Assembly (NCBI RefSeq): GCF_964213995.1
Contig: NW_027590121.1
Coordinates: forward strand, 806,001-870,000
Reading direction: 5' to 3'
Source: Mustelus asterias
Lineage: Eukaryota
Length of the DNA stretch: 64,000 nucleotides
In this document: in pieces, positions 50,094-62,270 of the stretch
Position numbering within the stretch: the stretch's first letter is position 1
How the letters are laid out: the number at the start of each line of letters is the position of its first letter
Made by a program: the position numbers and the translations under genes
Notes under the pieces: generated by a model
The model's database searches: none
Seen by the model: only the letters and a program-made list of their open reading frames with translations
What the model was told of the DNA's origin: nothing

Positions 50094-53044
50094 AAGCCCC
50101 TTCTTTTTGAAGGGCCTGTTTCCTGTGCTGTACTATAATGAGCTATGAACATGTACATCCTAGAAATCTTTGTTCTATAACTCTCCCCGATGCCTACCAT
50201 TAACTGGTTCAATCAACCAAAATGCATCACCTCGCACTTATCTAAATTAAACTCCATCTGCCATTCGTTAGCCCACTGGCTCAATTGATCAAGAACCCAT
50301 TGCAATCCGAGCTAACCTTCTTCACTATCCACAACGTCACCCACCTTGGTGTCATCTGCAAACTTACTAATCATGCCTCCTAAATTCTCATCCAAATCAT
50401 TAATATAAATGACAAATAACAGTGGACGCAGCACCGATCCCTGAGGCACACCACTGGTCACAGGCCTCCAGTTTGAAAAACAACCACCCACAATCACCCT
50501 CTGTCTTCTGTCATCAAGCAATTTTGTATCCATTTGGCTGCCTCACCCTGGCTCCTGTGAGATTTAATCTTATGCAACAACCTACCATGTGGTACCTTGT
50601 CAAAGGCCTTGCTAAAGTCCATGTAGACAACATCAACTGCACTGCCCTCATCTACCTTCTTGGTTACCCCTTCAAAAAACTCAATCAAATTTGTGAGATA
50701 TGATTTTCCACTCACAAAGCCATGCTGACTGTCCCTAATCAGTCCTTGCCTCTCTAAATGCCTGTACATCCTGTCTCTCAGAATACCTTCGACCAGCGTA
50801 CCCACTACAGATGTGAGGCTCACCAGCCTGTAGTTCCCAGGCTTTTCTCTGCAGCCCTTTCTAAACAAAGGCACAACATTTGCCACCCTCCAATCTTCAG
50901 GCACCTCACCTGTGGCTGTCAATTCAAATATCTCTGCGAGGGGACTCGCAATTTCCTTCCTAGCCTCCCGCAACATCCTGGGACACACTTCATCAGGTCC
51001 TGGGGATTTATCTACCTTGATGCGCTTTAAAACTTCGAGCACATCCTTCACTGTTATATGCACACTCCTCAAGACATCACTATTTATTTTCCCAAGTTCC
51101 CCAACATCCATGCCTTAACAGTAATTACTGATGAGAAATATTCATTTAGGATCTCACACATCTCTTGTGGATCTGCACGTAGATGACTTTGTTGATCCTT
51201 AAAAGGCCCTACTCTCTATACTCTGCATTTGTAGAATCTCTGGATTCTCCTTTGCCTTATCTGCCAAAGCAATCTCATGTCTCCTTTTTGCCCTCCTGAT
51301 TTCTCTTAACTCTACTCCTACACCCTGTATACTCTTCAAGGGATCCGCTTGATCCCAGCTGCCTATGCATGCCATGTGCCTACTTCTTCTTCTTGACCAG
51401 GGCCTCAATATCCCAAGTCATCCAGGGTTCCCTACTTCTACTAGCCTTGCCCTTCACTCTAAGAGGAATGTGCTTATCCTGAACACTGGTTAACACACTT
51501 TTGAAAGTCTCCCACTGACCAGACGCCCGTTTGCCTTCCCACAGACTCCCCCAATTAACTTTTGAAAGTTCCTGCCTGATACCATCAAAATTGGCCTTGC
51601 CCCAATTTAAAATTTTAACCTTTGGGCCAGACCTATCATTCTCCATAGCTATCTTAAAACTAATAGAATTATGGTCACTGGTCCCAAAGTGATCCCTCAC
51701 TAACACTTCTGTCACCTGCCCTTCCTTATTTCCCAAGAGGAGGTCAAGTTTTGCCCCTCTCTAGTCGGGCCATCCACATACTGAATGAGAAATTCCTCCT
51801 GAATACACTCAACAAATTTCTCTCCATCCAAACCTCTAATACTATGGCTGTCCCAGTCAATGTTGGGAAAGTTAAAATCCCCTACTATTACCACCCTATT
51901 TTTTTGGAGCTATCTGTCATCTCCTTACATATTTGCTCCTCAATTTCCCACCGACTATTTGGAGGCCTATAGTACAACCCTATCAAAGTGACTTCCCCTT
52001 CTTATTACTCAATTCTACCCATACAGACTCAGTGGGTGAACCCTCGGATATATCCCCTCTCAGTACTGCTGTGGTGTTTTCCCTCATCAAAAGTGCAGCT
52101 CCCCCTCCTCTCTCACCTCCTGTTCTATCTTTCCTATAGCATCTGTACCCTGAAACATTGAGCTGCCAGTCCTGTCCCTCCCTCAGCCATGTTTCAGTAA
52201 TAGCTATAATATCCCAGTCCCATGTACCCCTCCATGCCCTGAGTTCATCTGCCTTGCCTGCCAGGCCTCTTGCATTGAAATAAGTGCACTTTAATCTGGA
52301 CCTCCCTTTCTCTCTGCTCTGCTTTTGACTGACCTGTCTAGTACTAGAATTATTGACACTGTCTTTACTATTTAATGTGCTCTCTTTAACTTCTGTCCTC
52401 AATCTTCTCTTCTGTCTTCCTATTGCTTTGGGTCCCACCACCCCCTCCCCGCCCACCCCACCCCGCCAAACTAGTTTAAACCCCCCCGACTCGCTCTCAC
52501 AAATCTCTCCGTCAGGATATTAGTCCCCCTCCAGTTCAGGTGTAACCCATCCCTCTTGAACAGGTCATCCCTTCCCCAGAAGAGATCCCAATGATCCACA
52601 AATCTAAATCCCTGCCCACCTGCACCAGCTCTCAAGCCACATATTCATCTGCCTCATCTTCCTGTTCCTACTCTCACTAACACGTGGCACCGGCAGTAGT
52701 CCAGAAATTACCATCTTCGAGGTCCTGCACTTTAGTCTGCTGCCTAACTCTCTAAATTCACTCTTCAGGACCTCATCCCTTTTCACCATGTATGTGAAAA
52801 CTTTCCCCACATGTTTCCCCAAACCTCATCACCTCTCACCTTGTGCCCTCTTGTAGTCGACCCTTCTCCCCTGGGGAAAAGCCTCTGACAATCCACCCTA
52901 CATTTGCTTCTCATAGTTTTGTAGTTTCTCATAGTTTCTCATAGCATCCGTCTTTCCAGTGAAAACAATCTGAACTTGTCCAACCTCTTCTTGTACCTTA
53001 AATCCTCCAGACCAGCAACATACCCTTTGACCCTCAGGAAAGGC

Positions 53045-53370
53045 TAGGGCTGTTTTTCTCTAGGACAGAGAAGACTGAAGGGTGACCTGATGCAACTCTT
53101 TAAGATTATGAAGGGGTTCAATAATCCAATAGGTATTTCAGGAGAAACCTCTTTACCAGCGAGTGGTGAGAATGTGGAACTCACTACCACAGCGAGTGGT
53201 TGAGGTGAACAGCGCGAATACATTGAAGGGGAAGCTAGATACATACATGAGGGAGAGAGGAATAGAAGGATATGCTGATGGGGGAGATGAAGAGGGGTGG
53301 GTGGAGGCTCATGTGGAGCATAAATACTGACACAGACCAATTGAGCCGACTGGCCTGGCCCTGTGCTGTA
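53045..53370 (+). mobile_element. CR1 3' fragment
   Basis: LFSL..RRLKGDL motif and tail. Confidence 0.7.
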
Positions 53371-53658
53371 GACTCAATGGAACAGAGACAAATGTATCTA
53401 CCTGTAGTATAGAAAAAACACTATTTACTACCCAGGATAAAATAAATGTCCTTCATCAACTTTTGTGGATCGTTTCAGTGGAGATGTACACTCCCAGGCT
53501 CAAACAGCATCAGCCCACTGGAAGCAAAGGTGTGAGAACGGCCAGTTCAGCAGAAAGAAACCCTCCGACCCTCCCACTTCACAAACAGTCAGAGTGAACA
53601 TGGTTCAGTCCTGGATGTGATTAACAGCAGCAATAACAGTAGAATCCAACCACTGTAA

Positions 53659-54612
53659 TCAATTGTGAACTCGCTGGTGTCTCAGCAGGGTAGATGACTG
53701 AGTGAATTCTTTCCCACAGTCAGAGCAGGCGAATGGTCTCTCCCCAGTGTGGACTCGCTGGTGTCTTCTCAGGTTGGACAAATCTCGGAACTGCTTCCCA
53801 CAATCAGAGCAGGGAAATGGTCTCTCCCCAGTGTGGACTCGCTGGTGTTTTTGCAGAGTGGATGAATCTTTGAATTTCTTCGCACACACTGTGCAGATGA
53901 ACGGCCTCTCCTCAGTGTGAATTCGGTGGTGTGTCAGCAGATGGGTTGAATTTTTGAATCCCTTCCCACAGTCAGAACAGATGAATGACCTCTCCTCGGT
54001 GTGAACCTGTCGGTGTCGTATCAGGTTGGATAACCATCTAAACCTTCTTGCGCAGTGAGAGCAGCTGAATTGTTTCTGCTCAGTGTGAACTCGCTGGTGT
54101 GTCTGCAGGTTGGATGACTGACTGAATCCCTTCCCACACTGAGAGCAGGTAAATGGCCTCTCCCCAGTGTGAGCTCGCTGGTGTGTCAGCAGATCGGAGA
54201 ACTGATTGAATCTCTTCCCACACTCAGAGCAGCTGAATGGCCTCTCCCCAGTGTGAATTCGCTGGTGTGTCAGCAGGTTGGATAACTGAGTGAATCCCTT
54301 CCCACACTCAGAGCAAACAAATGGCCTCTCCCCAGAGTGAACTCGCTGATGTATCTTCAGGGTGGATGAATGTTTGAAACCTTTCCCACATGCAGTGCAG
54401 ATGAATGGCCTTTCCTTAGTGTGAATTCGCTGGTGTGTCAGCAGGTGGGATGAATTTGTGAATCCCTTCCCACAATCAGAGCAGGTAAACGGCCGCTCCC
54501 CAGTGTGAATGCGTCGGTGAGTTTCTAGTTTTGAGGGGGTTATGAATCTCTTTCCGCAGTCCTCACATTTCCATGGTTTCTCCGTGGTGCAGGTGTCCTT
54601 GTGTCTCTCCAT
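53659..54612 (-). CDS. ZF10: C2H2 zinc-finger protein, 317 aa, 11 canonical fingers
   Basis: Open ORF from MERHKDTCTTEKPWKC. Confidence 0.9.
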   Translation of the reverse strand: MERHKDTCTTEKPWKCEDCGKRFITPSKLETHRRIHTGERPFTCSDCGKGFTNSSHLLTHQRIHTKERPFICTACGKGFKHSSTLKIHQRVHSGERPFVCSECGKGFTQLSNLLTHQRIHTGERPFSCSECGKRFNQFSDLLTHQRAHTGERPFTCSQCGKGFSQSSNLQTHQRVHTEQKQFSCSHCARRFRWLSNLIRHRQVHTEERSFICSDCGKGFKNSTHLLTHHRIHTEERPFICTVCAKKFKDSSTLQKHQRVHTGERPFPCSDCGKQFRDLSNLRRHQRVHTGERPFACSDCGKEFTQSSTLLRHQRVHN

Positions 54613-55036
54613 GTTCAACAATCAAATTAGGTTTCTGCACACAGGACACCCGGCTCCAAATGGGAATGTTTTTTCAAGCTGTGTAACTGGTTAAAACTGG
54701 AACACTCAGTTCAGAGTGTGTGTGTTGATGCTTTTCTGGTCACACTGATAGTTAATAACTGCTGAAGCTGATAGAGCAGACAATTATTTCTCCATCTAGA
54801 TTCAGAGGCCACTGATGTTCACTTTGCAATGAATCAACTAAATCTTTCAGATCCTGATGCGACGTTTGATTTAAGATTTCTGGCTTAAATCCTCACTTCT
54901 AACATCTGTAAAAGAAGTTGACAAAAGTAATCAGCGTTAGTACAGGATAGAAATTCAGAACAGACAATTCTAGTTCCTCTGGAGCACGTTTTCCTCTCTC
55001 ATTCCCCAAAATCTGTAAATTTCATTCGCACACATT

Positions 55037-55420
55037 GGGAGGCAATGCCCGAGTGGTATTATCACGAGATTATTCATCCAAAACTCAGCTAATGTTCTGG
55101 GGACCCAGGTTCGAATGACGCCACGGCAGTCGGTAGAATTTGAATTCAATAAAAAAAATATGGAATTAAGAATCTACTGATGATTGTGAAACCATTGTTG
55201 ATTGTCAGAAAACCCCATCTGGTTCACTAATGCCCTTCAGGGAAGGAAATCTGCCATCCTCACCTGTCCTGGCCTACATGTGACACCATAGCCACAGAAA
55301 TGTGTTGGTTCTCAACTGTCCTCTGAAACAGCCCAGTGAGCCAATCAGTTCAAGGGCAATGAGGGATGGGCAATAAATGCTGGCCAGCCAGTGATGCCCA
55401 TGTCTCATGAATGAAGAAAA
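55037..55420 (+). mobile_element. Second SINE family (SacSINE-like)
   Basis: tRNA-like head with ggttcgaat B-box, ggttcactaatgcccttcagggaaggaaatctgcc core, ccca..tgaatgaa tail. Confidence 0.55.
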
Positions 55421-55497
55421 AAGAACTCTCCCTCCATTCCCATTCTGCTGGATCTAATATTCACCCTCCCAATTTTCCTGAAGAGGCTGATTGACAG

Positions 55498-56300
55498 ACC
55501 TGGGCCAAACTTTCCAGAGTCTGCAGCCTCCCTGGATTCACTTCCTTTCCCTTCAGTTGCTGCAAGTCAACAATTCCCCCAGAAATGAGAAAAGAAATGG
55601 AAAGGGGAAGAAAAGAAAGTGTTTTACTCACAGATTTTGGCCTCTTTTAAGGCGACAGGAGAAAGTTTCAGTCTGTGTGAAGTTCAACCTGCATTGTCAC
55701 AAAGCCCGCGCCCTGGATTGTCTGGAGGGCCACAGTCCTTCCGGTCCTCCAACACTTCCCATGGGTCAACAATTCAGCATGAACGTCAGAGGGTGGGCTC
55801 TCCCCCGGAACATTCGCAGCTTCCCCTCGCCATTAGACATGCGCAGTCCCGGACTTGGGGGGGGAGGGGCAGATCACCGAGCGGCTTCTCGCTCTGACCG
55901 GAGCCGTCAGCCGGTTGCCTGGAAACCTTGGCTCGATGTGTTGCAGGGGTACGGGAACAATGGATGGGGGCGGGGCTCCCGGGTCCGCGCACCCGGGCTT
56001 GCGCATTGGAACCCGGAGACGTCACCGCGTAGCAGAGTGATTCTTATTGGCTGATTCAGGCAGGGCTCCATTGTGACGTCAGAATACGGAAGTTGTCCAA
56101 TGAGCTTCAGAGTGAAACTTCCTCCTCTGGACAACATCTGGGAGGAAATCAATGTTTCCCCCTTTCCATTTCTTTTCTCATTCTGGGGGAAATTGGGGAC
56201 TTGCAGCAACTGAAGGGAACGGAAGTGAATCCAGGAAGGCTGCAGACTCTGAAAAGCTTACAGACGAACATCGGAATTAGGAGCAGGACTAGGCCCAGGT
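55498..56300. promoter_or_regulatory. Bidirectional promoter with mirror-image first exons, ZF10(-)/ZF11(+)
   Basis: Inverted arms 55511-55608 / 56154-56254; CRE TGACGTCA 56074; CCAAT 56046; ETS cggaagt 56087; donors ggcccag|gt on both strands. Confidence 0.7.
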
Positions 56301-57242
56301 ATCTTTTTCTTTCTCTCTCAAAGATATTGACATCCTTTAGCCCCCTCAGTTTGACACATTTATTTATGTGGCTAATAGGATGGCCTCTTACCCAATGTTC
56401 ACAATTAAAGGGGGAATTTTCCCAGGAGAAAGCTAACATTAAAATGAACAGAAAATTTGTGTGGGACAGAGATATATATAATGTAGTTATATTGCATCTA
56501 CTACGTTATTTATGATCCCTTATTTCTTGTCTTGAAATATATAGCAATGTGGCTACTTTACTTATTTCCAGTGATGGAGACGTTACAACATAGAAGGAAT
56601 CAGTTTGGCAATACAGATCCATGCCAACTCTCTGTGGAGCAATTCAGTCAGTCCCATTCCCTCTCTATATTCCCATTCCCCTGAGTTTCACGTCACAATG
56701 GAATGGGTGAGAGTGCCAGATAATCTGGGACTGGGGTGGAGTTGTGCGATGTCACTGAGGAGGAACAAAACGGTCTTGATGATGATGTGGATATGTGGCT
56801 GGAAGCTCATCTTGGGGTGAAATATTTCACCATGATTGTGAACAGCCTTGTTCAGCCTCAGACAGTTGCCAGGAAGAGGGAGAGAGTTTTTTTTTTAAAG
56901 ATTATTTATTAGTCGCAAGTAAGGCTTACATTAACATTGCAATGAAGTTACTGTGAAATTCCCCTAGTCGCCCCACTCCGACGCCTGTTCGGGTCAATGC
57001 ACTTTTTTAACCAGCACATCTTTCAGTTGCTGGCGAGGGAGTGGAGTTTGTAGTCAGACTGAAGACAATGGGTTCAGTTTTCCCAGTATTTATGCAAAAG
57101 AAATTTCTGTTCTTTTAGTACTGGAAGTCAGATAAGTCAGGATGGTGTGTGAGTTGGAGGAACTTGGAGGTGATGGTGTTTATATCCACCTGCTACCTTG
57201 GTCCTTCTAGATGCTGGAGGTTGAGGGTTTAGGAGATTAGGA

Positions 57243-57585
57243 GGGGCGGCACGGTAGCACAGTGGTTAGCACTGCTGCTTCACAGCTCCAGGGTCCCGGG
57301 TTCGATTCCCGGCTCGGGTCACTGTCTGTGTGGAGTTTGCACGTTCTCCTCGTGTCTGCGTGGGGTTTCCTCCGGGTGCTCTGGTTTCCTCCCACAGTCC
57401 AAAGATGTGCAGGTTAGGTTGATTGGCCAGGTTAAAAATTGCCCCTTAGAATCCTAAAATGCGTAGGTTAGAGGGATTAGCAGGTAAATATGTGGGGGTA
57501 GGGCCTGGGTGGGATTGTGGTCGGTGCAGACTCGATGGGCCGAATGGCCTCCTTCTGCACTGTAGGGTTTCTATGATTTCTATGA
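57243..57585 (+). mobile_element. HE1/V-SINE, young, TSD gagatt
   Basis: Full length; absent from the paralogous intron at ~62650. Confidence 0.9.
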
Positions 57586-58020
57586 GATTCTGTCAAAGTT
57601 CTTGTCAAGATGCAGATGTATAAATCCCTCTCTTTCACCCCAGCCACTCCTACTTCTCTCCATCTCCTCCCACAGTGCCACAGTGGGTCTTGTGTAGACC
57701 CAGACTGTGTGGCACGTTTCCTTCCCTGAAGGACATCAATAAACCAGTTGGGTTTTTATGACAATTCAGCAGCTTTCATGGTTACCTTTTCCTCACGCTG
57801 ACCCCATAAATTACCAGATTACCAGATTCATTCAACTCAAATTCACAACCCACCTTTGCATTTTTGTGGGTTCTTTTTCACTCTGTTTTCTGTTTTAAAT
57901 CAATTTTGCACTGTTTTAGAAGAGGGGGATTTGAAGTTGAGAAACTGAAACCAAACATGACATCAGAACCTGATGGAGTCGGCCAATTTACTGTAACCTG
58001 AATATCATTGTATTTTGAAC

Positions 58021-58978
58021 ATGGAAGAAAAAAGCACCATTCACAGTGGAGAGAAAATGTACACGTGTTCTTTGTGTGGAGAATCATCTGGCCTTGAGGA
58101 ACATAGTTGCAGTCACAACAGGGAAATAGCATGTGAGGATTGTGGGAAGGAATTCAATTACCCATCCCTGCTGGAAATTCATCGACGTAGTCACACTGGG
58201 GAGAGGCCATTCACCTGTTCCCAGTGTGGGAAGGGATTCACTCAGTTATCCAGCTTTCATATACACCAGAGGACTCATGCTGAGGAGAGGCCATTCACCT
58301 GCTCCCAATGTGGGAAAGGATTCAATTAGTCATCCAACCTCGCAACACACCAGCAAGTTCAACACTGGGGAGAAACCGTTCACCTGCTCTGAATGTGGGA
58401 TGGGATTCGCTCACTCATCCACTCTGTTGATACACCAGTGAACTCACACTCAGGAGAAGCCATTCACTTGCTCCCAGTGTGGGAAGGGATTTGCTGACTT
58501 AACCAATTTGTTGAAACACCAGCAAGTTCACACTGGGGAGAGGCCATTCACCTGTTCCCAGTGTGGAAAGGGATTTGTTCAGTCAGCCACTTTGTTCACA
58601 CACCAGCGAATTCACACTGGGGAAAGGCCATTCACCTGTTCTGTGTGTGGGAAAGGATTCAGTCGGTCATCAACTCTCCTGAGACACCAGCGAGTTCACA
58701 CTGGGGAGAAACCATTCATCTGCTCTGTGTGCGGGAAAGGATTCAATCACTCATCCAACCTAGCAATACACCAGCGAATCCACACAGAGGAGAAGGCATT
58801 CATCTGTTCTGTGTGTGGGAAAGGATTCAATCAGTCATCTAAACTAGCAATACATCAGCAGGTTCACAATGTGGAGAGGCCATTCACCTGCTTGCAGTGT
58901 GGGAAGGCATATGTTACCTCATTGAATCTTCTGACGCACCAGCGAATTCACAACTATTGTGATTGGATTTCAAATTAG
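58021..58978 (+). pseudogene. ZF11: C2H2 zinc-finger pseudogene
   Basis: TAG at 58327, +1 frameshift ~58361, TGA at 58439. Confidence 0.85.
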
Positions 58979-59409
58979 GGAGAAACAGTGAAAATGTGGA
59001 GACTGTGAGGAGAGTTTCAGTTATCCGTCAGAGCTGGAAGCTCAATGAGGATTCTTTGTTGATAGAGGTTTTCTACAAGCTACTCTGAGACTTGTCATCT
59101 CTCTGGAAGTTTCAAGGCAGTCTATACTCATTATAGCAAGTATATTAATGGTTGCTAACTATTTAAAGTGGGTTTTACATTGGTAAGAGGAATGTTGCTT
59201 ATTTGGAACTGAAATTGTGATAAGTTAGAAATTAAAGTTCTTTCCTTTCACTTTTAAATATTATTCAACTGAAATAAAAACAGAAAATTGGAAAAACTCA
59301 GCAGGCCTGGCAGCTTCTGTGGAGAGAGAAACAGAGTTAATGTTCGAGTCCGAATGTCTGTTCTTTAGTTGAAGAGGGGTAGAAATGGTGAGTGAGATAG
59401 TGACACTGA

Positions 59410-60170
59410 ATCGTTTTGTCAAGCACAATTTCCCTTTCTTAAATCCATGCTGACTCTGTGCGATCCTGCCACTGTTTTTCAAGTGTTTTGCTATAAAATC
59501 CTTTAAAATTGATTCTTGAATATTCCCCACTAACAGTGTCAGGCTTACTGGTCTATAATTCCTTACTTTCTCCCTCCCCTCCCTTTTTAAATAGTGGGGC
59601 TACATTAGCTATCCTCCAACCTGTAGGAACTGTTCCAGAGTTTATAGAATCTTAGAAGTTGACCACCAGTTAATCGACTATTTCTCAGGCATCTTCCTCA
59701 TGTACTCTGGGATGCAAATGATCAGGTCCTGAGGATTTATAGGCCTTCAATCCCATCAGTTTCCCCAACACTAATTCTCGACTAATACTGATCTCCATCA
59801 GTTCCTTCCTCTCACTAAACCCTGTGTTCCCCAACATTTTTGTGTCCTCCTTTGTGAAGACAGAACCAAAGTAAGTAGTCAGTTGGTCAGCCATTTCTTT
59901 GTTTTCCATTATAAATTCCCCTGTTTCTGACTGTAAGGGACCTACATTTGTCTTCATCAATCTTTCTCTCTTCATACACCTGTAGAAATTTTTCCAGTCA
60001 GTTTTTATGTTCTCTGCAAGCTTACTCTCATATTCCATTTTCCTCTTCTTAATCAATCCCTTGGTCCTCTGTTGCTGAATTCTAAACTGCTCCCAATCCT
60101 CAGGTCTGTTGTTTTCCTTGGCCAAATTGTATGTCTCTATCTTGGATCTAATGCTATCTCTAATTTCTCA
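59410..60170 (-). mobile_element. CR1 LINE ORF2 fragment
   Basis: YESKLAENIKTD..YFGSVFTKED..GPDHLHPRV. Confidence 0.85.
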
Positions 60171-60299
60171 GAATTCTCTGTGTTGTGTCTCACTGCAAAA
60201 TCCCTAAGTTCATCACATGATGATATTTTGAGTCAGACCTGAAGCACTCGTTAATTGTTCCCCAGTCATTCCTGGGGTTCATTTGTTTATTAATGCTGT

Positions 60300-61020
60300 T
60301 CCAATCTGTCTTTTGTTGTGATATCCAGATCTGCTATAGCTGCTTTCACCCCCTACAAAACCTGTCAAAGTCTAACCATGTTTCATAACCATCCAGTAGA
60401 TCATCTATCTTGTCAATCTCATCATTGAACCCAAACAGAAGATCCAAACCTTTATCAGTGTCCAACTGACGGACATCCAGCTCACAAAATACTTTGCTTC
60501 TGATTTTCCTTTCGCTGGGAAGTGACAATGCCAAGGCCAGACCTTGGTTCCCCCTTGGTAGGGATGTAACCAGTATCCACATCTCCACTTTCACATGGTT
60601 CAGACTCTGAGAGCAGCAGCGGGTAATCTGACCCTGACAATTCCCACTCACTTTCAGCCATTTCTCACAAAAGCTGCTGGGATTGCAAAACTTCTGTCTG
60701 AAAAATATTTCCCTTTAGCTTCCAATCTCCACCATTAGAAAACATTCCCTCTGACCATGTTACAATCCTGACAGTCTTATGGTGAAAGAAGAAGTTGGAG
60801 CCAATCTTTATTTGGTACAGATTTATTTAGAGTGAAACTTCACAGGTATTTCCCTCCTAACTTCACACTATGTCAGTACATGTCTCTTTATTTGCATTCA
60901 TAATCATCCAATCAATGCCCTCAATTTGTATATACTTAATCTCAAATGATTTGTTATCCCCAAGAGTGGGAGCAGATAATAAGTCTAATCGGAGTGACTG
61001 CTGCGATGTCTCAACAGAGG
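60300..61020 (-). mobile_element. Probable LTR retrotransposon gag fragment (Copia/GalEa-like) with PBS-like site
   Basis: QGLALALSLPSERKIRSKVFCEL..DDLLDGYETWLDFDRF; taaca-tggtcagag at ~60750. Confidence 0.45.
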
Positions 61021-61067
61021 CTGAATCATTCAACGAATATGATTAACAGAAAAATCCCATCACAATA

Positions 61068-62023
61068 GTTACTTGTGAACTCGCTGGTGTGTCTACAGAG
61101 TGGATGACTGAGTGAATCCCTTCCCACATGTGGAGCAGATGAAAGGTCTCTCCCCAGTGTGAACTCGCTGGTGTAACCGCAGGTTGGATGAGCGAGCAAA
61201 ACCTTTCCCACAAACGGAGCAAATGAATGGCCTCTCCCCAGTGTGAACTCTCTGGTGTTTCAGCAGATTGGCTGAATGAGCAAATCCCTTCCCACACTGG
61301 GAGCAGGTGAACGGTCTCTCCCCGGTGTGCCCTTCCTTGTGTATTGCTAGGTTGGATGACTGATTGAATCCCTTCCCACATACAGAGCAGGTGTATGGTC
61401 TTTCCCCAGTGTGAATTCGCTGGTGCGTCCGCAATGTGTGAGAGTGAGCAAATCCCTTCCCACACTGGGAGCAGGTGAACGGCCTCTCCCCAGTGTGAAC
61501 AGTCTGGTGTGTCAGCAAATTTGATGACCGACTGAATCCCTTCCCACATTGGGAGCAGTTGAACGGCTTCTCCTCAGTGTGAATTTGCTTGTGCAATGCA
61601 AGGTTGGATGACTGAGTGAATCCCTTCCCACACACAGAGCAGGTGAACGGTCTCTCTCCAGTGTGCATTCGCTGATGTTTCAGCAGATTGGATGAGTGAG
61701 CAAATCGCTTCCCGCACTGGGAGCAGGTGAATGGTCTCTCCCCAGTGTGAATTCACTGGTGTTTTACTAGGGTGGATGGGTGAGCAAAACCCTTCCCACA
61801 CTGGGAGCAGGTGAATGGCCTCTCCCCAGTGTGACTGCGTCGATGAGTTTCCAGCAGGGATGGGTAATCGAATTCCTTCCCACAGTCTCTACATTTCCAT
61901 GCCATCTCCCTGTTGTGACTGCAATTGTGCTCCGAAAGGCCAGATGATTGGTTGAAGTCTTGTCCACACAGAGAACATATATGTATAGTTTCTCTCCACT
62001 GTGAACGGTGCTATTTTTTCCAT
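61068..62023 (-). pseudogene. ZF12: C2H2 zinc-finger pseudogene, inverted paralog of ZF11
   Basis: 5' frameshifts, TGA at 61753-61755, TAG at 61093-61095. Confidence 0.85.
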
Positions 62024-62270
62024 GTTCAAAATACAATGATATTCAGGTTACAATAAATTGGCCGATTCCATCAGGTTCTGATATATTGTTTGAATCCTCA
62101 TCTTCTAAAACCCTGTGAAATTGATTAAAACAGAAAGAAGAGAGTCAGGGAACCCACAAAAATACAATGGTTGTGAAATTGAGCTGAATGAATCTGGGGC
62201 CAGCACTAGGGAAAAGTGACCATGAAAGCTGTTGGATTGTCATGAAAAACCCAACTGATTCACTAAGATC

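Larger units (their letters stand above)
49200..52830 (-). mobile_element. Near full-length HER1/CR1 LINE (ORF1 esterase fragment, APE endonuclease, RT), decayed
   Basis: YFNARGL..WDIIAITETWL, VGDFNFP, SDHN, PGPD, GVPQGSVL, FADDTK, and ORF1 ISGLLPVPR. Confidence 0.92.
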
